Source: a bacterium
Lineage (GTDB): Bacteria; Zhuqueibacterota; Zhuqueibacteria; Residuimicrobiales; Krinioviventaceae
DNA length: 64,000 bases
Assembly: GCA_963674595.2 (NCBI GenBank)
Contig: CAXXFV010000013.1
Coordinates: forward strand, 1 to 64,000
Direction: 5' to 3'
The notes beneath the pieces were generated by a model. It made no database searches. It was not told where the DNA came from and saw only the letters and a list, made by a program, of their open reading frames with translations. The position numbers and the translations under genes were made by a program. This document shows, piece after piece, positions 39,738 through 50,041 of the stretch. Numbering within the stretch: position 1 is the first letter of the stretch; each line of letters starts with the position of its first letter.

Positions 39738-42122
39738 CTACTGACCGGTGCCGCTCCATTTCCAGTTACGGATTTCCGGCATGTCTTCTCCGTGTATCCG
39801 GATATACTTTTTATGGTCCAGCAGCTTATCGCGGAGAAACTGTTTGGCATAGGCCGCACGTGAACTCAACTTGGGCACGCGGTCAATAACATCACCCACC
39901 AGATGGAACCGGTCAAGATCGTTCAGCACCATCATATCAAAAGGCGTGGTTGTGGTTCCTTCTTCTTTATATCCACGCACATGAAGGTTTTTGTGATTGG
40001 TCCGGCGATAGGTGAGCCGATGAATGAGCAGAGGATATCCGTGAAAAGCGAAAATAATGGGTTTGTCTTTGGTAAAAAGCACATCAAAATCCTTGTCGCT
40101 CAATCCGTGCGGATGTTCACTCTGCGGCTGCAGCGTCATTAAATCTACCACATTGACAAAACGAACCTTCAGGTCCGGAAAGTGCTGCCACAAAATATCA
40201 ACCGCAGCCAATGTTTCCATGGTCGGGCCATCACCGGCACAGGCCATCACCACATCAGGTTCTCCGCCCTTGTCATTGCTGGCCCATTCCCAGATGCCCA
40301 ACCCTGCCGTGCAGTGTTTAACGGCAGAATCCATGTCCAGCCATTGCAGTGACGGCTGTTTTCCTGCGATGATGACATTGACATAATCACGGCTCCGTAA
40401 ACAATGGTCGGTCACCGAAAGCAGAGTATTGGTATCCGGCGGCAAATACACACGAATGATTTCCGCTTTTTTATTCACAACATGGTCGATAAAACCAGGG
40501 TCCTGATGGCTGAACCCATTGTGGTCCTGCCGCCATACAAGTGACGAGAGCAGATAGTTCATGGAAGCAATCGACCGCCGCCACGGGATGTTCTTGGTCA
40601 CTTTGAGCCATTTTGCGTGCTGGTTAAACATCGAATCAATAATATGAATGAACGCCTCGTAGCAAGAGAAAAAGCCGTGTCGGCCTGTTAAAAGATAACC
40701 TTCAAGCCAGCCTTCACACTGATGCTCGCTTAACATTTCCATCACCCGGCCCTCGGGCGAAACGTTTTCGTCACCGGGAACGATCTCTGCGGTAGAACAG
40801 CGGTCCGTCACCTCAAACACGGCCTTCCAGCGGTTTGACGCTGTTTCATCCGGACTAAAGACACGAAAGTTAGTAGGGTTATATTTTATCACATCGCGGA
40901 TAAACTCGCCCTGAACACGTGTGGCTTCTCCATACACCGTGCCGGGATTCGGCAATTGAATGGCATAATTACGGAAATCCGGTAAACGAAGATCATGCAG
41001 TAAAAGCCCGCCATTGGCATGCGGATTGGCGCTCATGCGGCGTTCCCCTTTCGGGGCCAGCTCTGCAAATTCAGCATGCAATTTACCGTTTTCATCAAAC
41101 AACTCTTGCGGCTGATAGCTCCGCATCCATTTTTCCAAAAGCTTTACATGCCCCTCATGGCTCATATCGCCCATGGGCACTTGATGCGAACGGAACGTAC
41201 CTTCGGTTGGTTTGCCGTCCACTTCCTTGGGACCGGTCCATCCCTTTGGCGACCGCAGGATAATCATCGGCCATTTGGGACGCGTTGTAAATCCATTCTT
41301 ACGGGCATCCTTTTGAATTTTGCGGATATCAGTTATCACAGTATCAAGGGTGGCAGCAAAAAGTTGATGCATCTCTGCCGGATCATCTCCCTCCACAAAA
41401 TAGGGCGAGTAACCATAACCGGAAAAGAGCGCTTTCAGTTCGTCATGCGGAATGCGGGCCAAAACAGTAGGACCGGCAATTTTATAGCCGTTTAAATGCA
41501 GGATAGGCAGCACAGCGCCGTCATGGACCGGATTGAGAAATTTGTTCGAATGCCAGCTTGTAGCAAGCGGACCTGTCTCGGCTTCGCCGTCACCAACTAT
41601 ACACGCAACCAGCAAATCGGGATTATCAAATGCAGCCCCATAAGCGTGAGACAACGAATACCCCAGTTCACCGCCTTCGTGAATGGAGCCCGGTGTTTCG
41701 GGCGCCACATGGCTTGGAATACCCCCCGGAAAAGAGAATTGTTTGAACAACTGCTTCATCCCGTCCTGGTCTTGCGAAATGTTGGGATAAACCTCGCTAT
41801 AGGTTCCTTCAAGATAAGCGTTTGCCACCAATCCCGGACCTCCGTGACCCGGTCCGGTGATATAGATCATGTTCAGATCAAATTCCTTGATCAACCGGTT
41901 AAGGTGAACATAGATAAAATTCAGGCCCGGTGTAGTGCCCCAGTGACCAAGAAGCCTCGGCTTGATGTCCTCCAGCTTGAGCGGTCTTTTTAAAAGTGGA
42001 TTGTCATAAAGATAAATTTGGCCGACGGATAAATAATTCGCGGCACGCCAATAAGCATTCATTTTCGAGACAAGCTCGGGAGATAAGGACTTGTCTACTC
42101 TATTTATATTATTTGCATTCAT
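39738..42122 (-). CDS. xfp: Xylulose-5-phosphate/fructose-6-phosphate phosphoketolase
   Basis: [63 protein letters not shown]; alternative start at 42158. Confidence 0.97.
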   Translation of the reverse strand: MNANNINRVDKSLSPELVSKMNAYWRAANYLSVGQIYLYDNPLLKRPLKLEDIKPRLLGHWGTTPGLNFIYVHLNRLIKEFDLNMIYITGPGHGGPGLVANAYLEGTYSEVYPNISQDQDGMKQLFKQFSFPGGIPSHVAPETPGSIHEGGELGYSLSHAYGAAFDNPDLLVACIVGDGEAETGPLATSWHSNKFLNPVHDGAVLPILHLNGYKIAGPTVLARIPHDELKALFSGYGYSPYFVEGDDPAEMHQLFAATLDTVITDIRKIQKDARKNGFTTRPKWPMIILRSPKGWTGPKEVDGKPTEGTFRSHQVPMGDMSHEGHVKLLEKWMRSYQPQELFDENGKLHAEFAELAPKGERRMSANPHANGGLLLHDLRLPDFRNYAIQLPNPGTVYGEATRVQGEFIRDVIKYNPTNFRVFSPDETASNRWKAVFEVTDRCSTAEIVPGDENVSPEGRVMEMLSEHQCEGWLEGYLLTGRHGFFSCYEAFIHIIDSMFNQHAKWLKVTKNIPWRRSIASMNYLLSSLVWRQDHNGFSHQDPGFIDHVVNKKAEIIRVYLPPDTNTLLSVTDHCLRSRDYVNVIIAGKQPSLQWLDMDSAVKHCTAGLGIWEWASNDKGGEPDVVMACAGDGPTMETLAAVDILWQHFPDLKVRFVNVVDLMTLQPQSEHPHGLSDKDFDVLFTKDKPIIFAFHGYPLLIHRLTYRRTNHKNLHVRGYKEEGTTTTPFDMMVLNDLDRFHLVGDVIDRVPKLSSRAAYAKQFLRDKLLDHKKYIRIHGEDMPEIRNWKWSGTGQ

Positions 42123-42299
42123 AATGTTAGTCCCTTCTATAATTTTGATTGTTCCCATTGTCTGATAACAAAAGGTATTATCAAATTACAAAAGAAAACC
42201 TGCATTCCCAAGATAAAAAAGTGAATATGGAAAAAGTGTGCGTTTCTACCGCACTTTTTTCGCCCGTTCCGGTATTCATTTTACAGGGCGCTAAAAAGT

Positions 42300-42585
42300 T
42301 GTAAAAGCAATTCATGAATTGTCCTCTGGTCATCCCGGGCGGAGCCGAGGGATACCCATAAAAGCCAGGCCTTTTTTTCCATTCCTCGACCTCAAAGGCA
42401 GAATTTCGCCGAGGTTAAAAATTTCCCTCCGCGACCTCTGCGGCTCTGCGTTAAAACAAACAAGCTCGCCCCGGAATTCCTTTTCCAGGGCGTTAAATAA
42501 AACAGGGCATTTTGCCCTGATTATTTCTAAAACATCGGAATAAACACCCCGCCTTATTTGCGCCTTGTGAAACATTCCCAAAGGA
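42300..42585. repeat. Intergenic REP-like palindrome mosaic
   Basis: GCAATTCATGAATTG, GTCATCCCGGGCGGAGCCGAGGGA, CTCTGCGGCTCTGCG, GCCCCGGAA..CAGGGCG, CAGGGCATTTTGCCCTG. Confidence 0.8.
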
Positions 42586-42605
42586 AGCAAAAAAAATATT
42601 TTTTT

Positions 42606-43469
42606 CTACCAGCAATGCAAAGTTAAACCTAAATAAACTTTTAAAAAGAAATTCGGATCAAATTCCGGTACATCTGCCATGTGATATGATGGTGGATGCT
42701 GTTTTGTATTATTAACGTTCCAGTATTCTTTATTAAATGATATTGTGCCACCAATTTCGCAACCCAAAATATACAAACCTGGAAGTTTTTTTATTTTGAA
42801 ATATTTATTAAATACAGCACCGTAAATCAAACCCGTATTATATGTTGAATAACGTTTGTCAGTAGTAAAAAAACAATTTAAATGTCTTATTCTATAACTC
42901 ATTTCCGGATGTATCCATAAATACTCAAAACATATACCCAGGTAGGGGTAAACAATTAAATTTGAATTCAGAAACGGACGAAAGCCTATTTTTATATCGG
43001 TATTCAGGTTGTAAAATAATATTTTACGATTAAAAGGAACAGTAATATCCAAAATAGTTTTCATTTCATTCTTTTCCAATTTATTAAATCCACCTGAAAT
43101 ACACGTGTTTAGAACAAGGTGTTTTTTTAAAAACGTTCCGTGAATATCAATTGGTAGAAAGTAGTCAACACCGTCAAGCTCATGGTATCTTTTCAACTGT
43201 GCATTAATGGCATTATATTCGACTTTTTCATATCCGAATGAAATACCCGTTATAATACTATTTTGAGAAATATCATTATTCTGTTTTCCAAAAATTATCG
43301 TTGAATTGAGGACAAACACAACTATAAGCAAAAAATTTAATTTCATTTTAACCCCTGCTGTATAATAAACCGTATTTAACAGTAACTTTTTTACAAATGA
43401 GAAAGTTATATGAATTGATTTAAGAATTATAACGAGTGATGCATAGAAAGAGATGTTGGTCTTTTTCAT
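42606..43469 (-). CDS. Hypothetical protein, possible outer-membrane beta-barrel; true start may be the internal MKLNFLL
   Basis: Internal signal-like segment; amphipathic strands; ends YLGLTLHCW. Confidence 0.6.
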   Translation of the reverse strand: MKKTNISFYASLVIILKSIHITFSFVKKLLLNTVYYTAGVKMKLNFLLIVVFVLNSTIIFGKQNNDISQNSIITGISFGYEKVEYNAINAQLKRYHELDGVDYFLPIDIHGTFLKKHLVLNTCISGGFNKLEKNEMKTILDITVPFNRKILFYNLNTDIKIGFRPFLNSNLIVYPYLGICFEYLWIHPEMSYRIRHLNCFFTTDKRYSTYNTGLIYGAVFNKYFKIKKLPGLYILGCEIGGTISFNKEYWNVNNTKQHPPSYHMADVPEFDPNFFLKVYLGLTLHCW

Positions 43470-43560
43470 TGTTTTTCCTTTTGCTGACCGTTATATTTCA
43501 TTCCCTGTGTTTAAACATCTTGTTCTCTTTGTTCTTATTCCCGGGGCACACATAACGCTT

Positions 43561-44286
43561 TTAATATCCGCCGACGTCAACCATGCACCATTCATAATTA
43601 CCTCTTATAGAGCCGGTTTTCGCATCAATTTCAATTCCATGTCCGCCCAATTTTTCCGTTTGATTTTTAATATACCAACAATAGCGTTTTACGGTTGGAT
43701 TAACCCGGAAAACGACATGCCATGGAAAATAGCCTGGTGCAAATCCATTTACTTTTGCAATTTCAACCGCTTGTCTATCGTTTATATTAAAAGGCATTTT
43801 CAATGTATTACCAGGGTCTCCATCCGTTACCGCCACATCTTCCACGATATGCCCCAAAGAATTGTGATAGGTTGAAACTACCAGGTTTGTTCTATAGTCA
43901 TTGATCGTTATTTGATGGAAATATGATACCAGGTATTTACTACAAATGTCATCGGTTTCACAATAGTCAGAAAGGACCATAGATGAACGAAATTTCAAGT
44001 ATTTATTAAAATAATCCAGACCAAAATGGTCTATTAAATATCCCCTTGAAACGGCAATAATCGAATCCGGTACCTGTGCAAGATTAGTATTGTAACGATC
44101 ATTATTTTCACTGAAAAGCAGGTATGGTTGACCATTTGATACTTTTAAAATACTATTACCCGGTGAGCGTAAAAAGTCCTCAACATTTTCTAAATTTTCA
44201 ACGAAAACCAGCGATTTGTCCCGTTGACAGTTGACAAACAACAAACCTGTTATGATGACTAAAAAAACGGTCCTTGTTGTTTTCAT
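43561..44286 (-). CDS. Hypothetical lipoprotein with PepSY-like C-terminus
   Basis: FVNC lipobox; INDRQAVEIA...IEIDAKTGSI. Confidence 0.7.
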   Translation of the reverse strand: MKTTRTVFLVIITGLLFVNCQRDKSLVFVENLENVEDFLRSPGNSILKVSNGQPYLLFSENNDRYNTNLAQVPDSIIAVSRGYLIDHFGLDYFNKYLKFRSSMVLSDYCETDDICSKYLVSYFHQITINDYRTNLVVSTYHNSLGHIVEDVAVTDGDPGNTLKMPFNINDRQAVEIAKVNGFAPGYFPWHVVFRVNPTVKRYCWYIKNQTEKLGGHGIEIDAKTGSIRGNYEWCMVDVGGY

Positions 44287-44455
44287 TTACCCCTCCATAA
44301 GTGATGATGACATTGCATTACGCATGAACAGTCATTGGATTTTTTCCCATGACATGACAATTGCGAGATATAACAGAACTGAAATTTCTTGATAGATTTT
44401 TCACTGTCTGAAACATTCATATAATTTTAATTGTCTAGGTTAAAAATTATCAAAA

Positions 44456-44471
44456 AGCAATTGATGTGCCA
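44456..44471 (-). promoter_or_regulatory. Putative sigma54 (-24/-12) promoter
   Basis: TGGCAC-ATCAA-TTGCT, matching the consensus, upstream of 43561-44286. Confidence 0.65.
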
Positions 44472-44609
44472 TACCCTTAAATTATTGTAATTTATTGAAT
44501 TAAATTATTTTAACAGGAAAGATTTATATTATTAGTTTACAGTTTTTTGAAAAAACCATCAAAAAACTGAGGTCGCTATCCTTAAAAACAGATATATTTC
44601 CGAAAAAAA

Positions 44610-44775
44610 ATGTGATCGTCCAGGGGTTTCTTTGAACAGATTAACAAAAGGTCTTGGCCTTTTATATAAAACATTCATTATTTATGGTCATAACGTGTAA
44701 AAGCCAAGCCTTTACTTTATTACGTTTTTACTTCTTAATCATGCAATGATGCGGTAGAACCGCACCCTGCTGACT
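44610..44775. repeat. Degenerate intergenic repeat mosaic
   Basis: GATCGTCCAGGGG, AGCCAAGCCTTTACTTTATTACG, TTCTTAATCATGCAATG.TGCGGTAGAACCGCACCC. Confidence 0.7.
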
Positions 44776-44804
44776 TTTACAAACAACAAAACCTTTTATT
44801 TCTG

Positions 44805-45647
44805 CTATTCAAAACTTTTCCTGTTTGCCATCATTTCAAGTTTTTCAATCCGGTCTTGAACAGGCGGATGTGTTGAAAAAAGTTTTTGCAGCCCGCCCAA
44901 AAACGGGTTCACAATAAACATATGAGCATGGGCCGGGTTACCGCGTGTCATAGACCTCTGCTGAATTCCGTTACTGATTTTAACCAAAGCATTGGCAAGG
45001 CCCAGGGGTTTATTTGATATTTCAGCGCCGCCGGCATCTGCCGCATATTCACGGGTCCGGGAAATCATTGAACGGATTAACATTCCTGCCAGAGGTGCGC
45101 CGACAAGCACAAAAATAAGCGCTAAAGGATTTTGGCGCTGCTGAGAGTTCCTCATGGACCCGCTAAACCTCGCAAACTGACCCAGCATGGCCAACGCGCC
45201 TGCCATGGTGGCGGCTATTGTTCCTGTTAAAATATCACGATGCCGAACATGGGCCAGCTCATGGGCCATTACCCCCTCTAATTCGTCATCATTTAAAATA
45301 TTCAAAATCCCCTCAGTTGCCGCCACAGCCGCATGCTGCGGATTCCTTCCGGTGGCAAAGGCATTCGGGGTTTGTTCCGGCACAACATAAACTTTTGGCA
45401 TGGGAAGGTCGGCCTTTTGCGACAGGTCCCGGACAATGCGGTAAAGCCGTGATTCAGGTCCGGCTTCCTGGACCCGGTATTGTTTCAATACCATTTTGTC
45501 ACTAAACCAGTAAGCATAAAAATTCATGGCGCCTGCTGCCAGGAAAGCAATAAAAGCGCCCTGACTGCCGGCCACGGCTCCGCCAATATAGACAAAAAGT
45601 ACTGTTAGAACCGTCATTAACAAAAAAGTACGAACATTGTTGCCCAT
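44805..45647 (-). CDS. htpX: Zinc metalloprotease HtpX (M48)
   Basis: PNAFATGRNP, ELEGVMAHELAHV, ISRTREYAAD, LFSTHPP. Confidence 0.95.
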   Translation of the reverse strand: MGNNVRTFLLMTVLTVLFVYIGGAVAGSQGAFIAFLAAGAMNFYAYWFSDKMVLKQYRVQEAGPESRLYRIVRDLSQKADLPMPKVYVVPEQTPNAFATGRNPQHAAVAATEGILNILNDDELEGVMAHELAHVRHRDILTGTIAATMAGALAMLGQFARFSGSMRNSQQRQNPLALIFVLVGAPLAGMLIRSMISRTREYAADAGGAEISNKPLGLANALVKISNGIQQRSMTRGNPAHAHMFIVNPFLGGLQKLFSTHPPVQDRIEKLEMMANRKSFE

Positions 45648-45895
45648 TTTATTACCTCACAGATCAGAACCGTCTCACGGTCCGTTCATTTTTAATTTTT
45701 TCGTCTATCCGGATACAGTGGTATCACACGGACTTGTAATCCGGGTAAAAACAGACGTATCCTGTTCCGATCCAATCAACTGATGGACCAGCCCGTCTCT
45801 TATAATTTTAATCCGGGTTTTCTGAGAATCCCGGTGGTGGAATTGATGCAATTCCATCGTCAATTCATACACCAAATTCCCGCAAAACCGCTTGC

Positions 45896-46099
45896 CTAGT
45901 CTTTTAAAACAAACGTAACTTTCATCACAACACGATATTCCTTTATCTCGCCGTCCACAACCTCCACATGTTGATCTTTAATCCAGGCTCCCTTGACATT
46001 ATCAAGAGTTTTATTGGCCCTTTTGATTCCCCTTTTAATAGCATCGTCAAAACTTTCTTTGGAAGATGATATAATTTCAGTGACCTTTGCTACACTCAT
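45896..46099 (-). CDS. Dodecin family protein
   Basis: MSVAKVTEIISSS..SFDDAI..GI.RA.KTL.NV...W...EYRV.MKVTFVL. Confidence 0.92.
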   Translation of the reverse strand: MSVAKVTEIISSSKESFDDAIKRGIKRANKTLDNVKGAWIKDQHVEVVDGEIKEYRVVMKVTFVLKD

Positions 46100-46289
46100 G
46101 GTTATCTCCTTTTAAATCAAAAATGATTGATTTGAATGATAATTACAACTTGACACCTGCATAACATATCACAAGCAGGATAATATTTCCAAATTTATTA
46201 TTTAGCCGCGATGTAACAATATTTAAATTGAATCAATAAAAATATAATGGTTATGCCACACGTTCGCCTTTCAATTTATCTTTCAACGC

Positions 46290-46420
46290 TTGTTGATCGT
46301 ACAAGGGTACGGAATAACAAAGGGGCTTTGCCCTTTTATGAAAAACATTCCTACCCGCTCGCAGGGGATTTGCAATCCCCTGCGGAACCAATGAAACCGG
46401 GATTTTATCCCCAATGGAAA
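46290..46420. repeat. Intergenic REP-like palindrome mosaic
   Basis: GATCGTACAAGGG, AAGGGGCTTTGCCCTT, CCCGCTCGCAGGGGATTTGCAATCCCCTGCGGAACCAATGAAACCGGGATTTTATCCCCAAT. Confidence 0.85.
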
Positions 46421-46515
46421 CCGCATTCCACAACTTTGAATTGCATATTATAAAATAAATAGATATAATTTATTATTGTTTAGACAAAGACATCAATTAC
46501 AATGCGGAGAAGACT

Positions 46516-47760
46516 ATGAATCATGACTATTTAAAGATAAGTTTGGAATCAAACCTGAAAGATGAACTCTATGATCTGCTGGAAGGAGACATTATTGAAG
46601 AGATTATACAACAGGGACAAGTTGGTAAAGAAATGAACTTTTGGAAGATGATTCATGAAGGTCACAGCTTCAAGATTACAAAAAACCTGGCGCCAAGAAT
46701 ATTTAAATTGTGCACCGAAGCAAAAGATGCCTTGAGCTTTGACGAGGATATTGACTTTTTCATAGCCAATTCACCGGAAACAAATGCGGTTGCCGTGCCC
46801 AAATTTGGAGAGGAGAGCAAACACCTTGTCATATTAAACTCTGAGATTATAGAAAAATTTGATGACGATGAACTCAAATTTATCATCGGACATGAAATCG
46901 GCCATTTGATCAGTGATTACGGCACATTTTCAAGAATTTTAAACTTTGTTTTTCCTGAATTCAAACAAATACCCATTGTTTTTAAAAATAAAATCATACT
47001 CTGGCAAAAGTTATCAGAACTGACGGCCGATCGTTATGGATTTATCGCTTCACCAAACCTGGAAAAATGTTTATCCAATTTTTTCAAACTGGCATCGGGA
47101 TTGGACACGACCAAAATATCCTTTAATGCAGACGCCTATTTGACGGAAACAAATCAGCTCATTGACAAATTTAAAAAAGAGCCCTATTCCATGATTTCAT
47201 CCCACCCGGTTAATCCAGTCAGGATAAAAGCAATACAGTACTTTAGTGAATCTGATCTATTCAAAAAAATTAAAAATCATAAAGCGATAAAAAAAGATGA
47301 TGCACTTGACAAAAATATAAGTGAGCTCAGCAGCCTGTTGATGGTCCTTTCCAATTCGGAACTGGATGCTCACCGGACCTATTTTATAGCATCGGCCGGT
47401 ATTTTGTCGGCTTCAATTGATAAAAAAATAGGTATTGAAGAACTGGACCATATTATAGATGTGTTGGGCAATTTTACAATGTTCCCCAAGGCTTTCATAG
47501 ATAATCTTGCACAAGCGGGTGATGTTCAAAACGTCTTCCTGCAATCAACGGGCGCCATATTGAAAATAAATCCGGGGGAACGATTCAACATGTTTGCTTT
47601 TTTAATAGAAATGGTCCTTGCAGATAAAAAAATCGCCAAAGAAGAGATAGAATTTCTTTATACCACCGGAAAAGGGGTATTCGGATTTCAAAAAAAGGAA
47701 ACAGCGCAGATGATTGGGGAGGCAATCCGCAACAAGTTTATGCCAAGGTCTTATAATTGA
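46516..47760 (+). CDS. M48 family metallopeptidase with TerB-like C-terminal domain
   Basis: ELKFIIGHEIGH, ELTADRYG, SHP...RI; C-terminal ADKKIAKEEIEFL resembles TerB. Confidence 0.8.
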   Translation: MNHDYLKISLESNLKDELYDLLEGDIIEEIIQQGQVGKEMNFWKMIHEGHSFKITKNLAPRIFKLCTEAKDALSFDEDIDFFIANSPETNAVAVPKFGEESKHLVILNSEIIEKFDDDELKFIIGHEIGHLISDYGTFSRILNFVFPEFKQIPIVFKNKIILWQKLSELTADRYGFIASPNLEKCLSNFFKLASGLDTTKISFNADAYLTETNQLIDKFKKEPYSMISSHPVNPVRIKAIQYFSESDLFKKIKNHKAIKKDDALDKNISELSSLLMVLSNSELDAHRTYFIASAGILSASIDKKIGIEELDHIIDVLGNFTMFPKAFIDNLAQAGDVQNVFLQSTGAILKINPGERFNMFAFLIEMVLADKKIAKEEIEFLYTTGKGVFGFQKKETAQMIGEAIRNKFMPRSYN

Positions 47761-47769
47761 AATGCTTAA

Positions 47770-48235
47770 ATCTTGATCGTCCGGGAATTCATACCCTTCG
47801 ACGACGCTCAGGGTGACACTCGCCAACAGCGAAGGGTAATGCCGCTCGGTTTCGACTCTCACAAAGCTCACAAAGGATGATTTAAATTGTTATTTCTTTG
47901 TGTGCCTTGTGTACTTTGTGAGGATTTAAATTAACCAGGACATTTGGCCCTGTTGAAAATGACAAGTTACCTTTTTTGAATATTCTCGTTTAATCTCGAT
48001 TTTGTAAAAAATTCAGGACAGACTAATTCTCCACTCGCAGGGGATTCGCAATCCCCTATGGAGCCAATAAAACCAGAATTTTATCCCCAATGCCAAAAAC
48101 CTGATCGTACAAGGGTTCTACCCTTGTACGCAATAACAAAAGGGCTTTGCCCTTATCCGTTCTCAAATAACGGGTCCATATTAATATTCACATCATTTAG
48201 CCTCAATTTAATTTGCGCCCTGGGAAATTTCCTGC
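47770..48235. repeat. Intergenic REP-like palindrome mosaic
   Basis: Shares about 235 bp with 35196-35440; GTACAAGGGTTCTACCCTTGTAC; CCGTTCTCAAATAACGGG. Confidence 0.9.
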
Positions 48236-48442
48236 AAAAGCAGTGTGGATGAAATTTTTCGTTTGATCAACTATTTTTTTCAAAAATCCGAAAATTATGT
48301 TTGACATTTATCATAAAATTGTTTTATTATACGGTATGCGTTATATCTTTATGTTTTGTTGAATGTTTAGCGATAACTTTTTTGGAATAACTCTGGCTCT
48401 TTTTCTCAAAATTATTCTTTTAAAGGGACAGTGTATTTATTT

Positions 48443-48793
48443 ATGAAAAAAATCTTTTTGATTAAAGTGTTTTTATTTATAATATTGTTCACAAACGTGT
48501 TTGCTCTGTTTGCTGCTGATTCTATCAACGTTAAAAATGCCGGCATGGATGCTGTCAATGGAAATTATGAATTAAAAGGGACTTTTAACAATCACCCGTT
48601 ATATGTCAAGGGCGATTGCCAGATCCGTTACAAGGGATGCAAAAGCAAATGGGTCATTCTTTATAAAAATATATCATATTATAAAAACTATAACGATAGT
48701 GACATTTGTCCAATACTGGATTGGCAAATGACCTGTGCAGCAAAAAAAGACTCTCTCCAGGCGCCGGTTTTAACTGTTATTGATGATAAATAG
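48443..48793 (+). CDS. Small secreted Cys-containing protein
   Basis: Signal peptide; V.NA....NG.Y...N.PLY...KGC..KW motif shared with the next gene. Confidence 0.7.
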   Translation: MKKIFLIKVFLFIILFTNVFALFAADSINVKNAGMDAVNGNYELKGTFNNHPLYVKGDCQIRYKGCKSKWVILYKNISYYKNYNDSDICPILDWQMTCAAKKDSLQAPVLTVIDDK

Positions 48794-48848
48794 ATTGCAA
48801 ATACCTGTTATGGCGAAAGAATAAAAAGCAGTAGAAAGGAAGAAGACC

Positions 48849-49847
48849 ATGGGTTTATTCAAAAGAGTTGTTGTGATAGCTTGCCTGATAACATCAATTC
48901 GGCTTTATGCCGATGACCCGCCCTCTTGTTACATTGTCAGCAATGCTGAGAACAGTAGCTATAACGGCACCTATCTATTGTTAAACAGAACATGTGATAA
49001 TCGCCCACTATACGCGATGGCTGTGGGATCTGATAGCATTTTTTTAGGAAACAAAGGTTGTACTACTAAATGGGCATTAGCATTAAATGATATTACATAT
49101 GAATGCCCGACATATACAATAGATAGTGATGGCGATTTGCCGCCCTCCTCGGGATATTATCAAGGATCAATTGGCGCTAATCCTGGTGGTGTTACACCAT
49201 CGAACCTCGTTATAACCAACGGTGACGGATCTTTACCGGTTGAACTGTCTGCTTTTTCAGCCTGTGAAGAAAACGGAGTGGTTGTTATTTCATGGACAAC
49301 CCAGAGTGAAATTGATCATTTGGGTTTTATCTTACAACGTGCCATAAAAGCTGATGAGGATGCAAACTGGCAGACGGTTGCCAGCTATAAAACCAATTCT
49401 CATTTAAAAGCAAGCGGCGACAGCCGAAACGCCAAAACTTATGAGTTGCGCGATAAAACGGTTGAAAACGAAACCGTATATTATTACCGATTGAAAAGTG
49501 TGAATATTGACGGTTCAGTTGAATACTCTTATGCTATTTCGGTTGAAACCAGTGTTGCAGCGCCTGTTGAATTTGCTTTGCATCACGCTTTTCCCAATCC
49601 CTTTAATCCTGAAACAACACTCACATTTGATCTTGCCCGGGCTTGTAATGTTTCTTTGATTGTTTCAGATATTACCGGAAAACAAATCAGGGCATTATTG
49701 TATAATTACATGTCTGAGGGAAACCATACAGTGAAATGGGATGGATTGGACCACCAGGGTAATCGTGCCGTCAGTGGAGTTTATTTTATTACACTAGAGA
49801 CAAATATGGGGCACCGGTTTACAGAAAAAGTTTTAATGTTGAAATAG
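48849..49847 (+). CDS. Secreted protein with C-terminal secretion/FlgD-Ig domain
   Basis: SLPVELSAF..WTTQSE, AFPNPFNP...EKVLMLK. Confidence 0.85.
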   Translation: MGLFKRVVVIACLITSIRLYADDPPSCYIVSNAENSSYNGTYLLLNRTCDNRPLYAMAVGSDSIFLGNKGCTTKWALALNDITYECPTYTIDSDGDLPPSSGYYQGSIGANPGGVTPSNLVITNGDGSLPVELSAFSACEENGVVVISWTTQSEIDHLGFILQRAIKADEDANWQTVASYKTNSHLKASGDSRNAKTYELRDKTVENETVYYYRLKSVNIDGSVEYSYAISVETSVAAPVEFALHHAFPNPFNPETTLTFDLARACNVSLIVSDITGKQIRALLYNYMSEGNHTVKWDGLDHQGNRAVSGVYFITLETNMGHRFTEKVLMLK

Positions 49848-49850
49848 ATC

Positions 49851-49880
49851 AAAAGCGGCATATTTTGCCGCTTTTTTTTT
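49851..49880 (+). terminator. Rho-independent terminator
   Basis: AAAAGCGGCA-TATTT-TGCCGCTTTTTTTTT. Confidence 0.85.
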
Positions 49881-49894
49881 ACTCTCCCCGAAAT

Positions 49895-50010
49895 TTCCGC
49901 TCGCAGGGGATTTGCAATCCCATGCGGAACCAATAAAACCGGGATTTTATCCCCGATGGAATTAAATTCTCCCGCCTCGACTCTGGCCTTGAACGAAGCC
50001 GAAAAGCCGC
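49895..50010. repeat. Intergenic REP-like palindrome mosaic
   Basis: CCGCTCGCAGGGGATTTGCAATCCC..GGGATTTTATCCCC..GGCCTTGAAC..GCCGAAA; similar to 55000-55090. Confidence 0.85.
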
Positions 50011-50041
50011 TCATGAAAGAGTCCCTGAAAAATCAAAATAA

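Noticed and set aside
40919-41993. Plus-strand ORFs within phosphoketolase, and similar antisense ORFs within the PAS kinase, MCP, lnt and the HU fusion
   Set aside because: They are antisense or alternate-frame shadows of well-supported genes.
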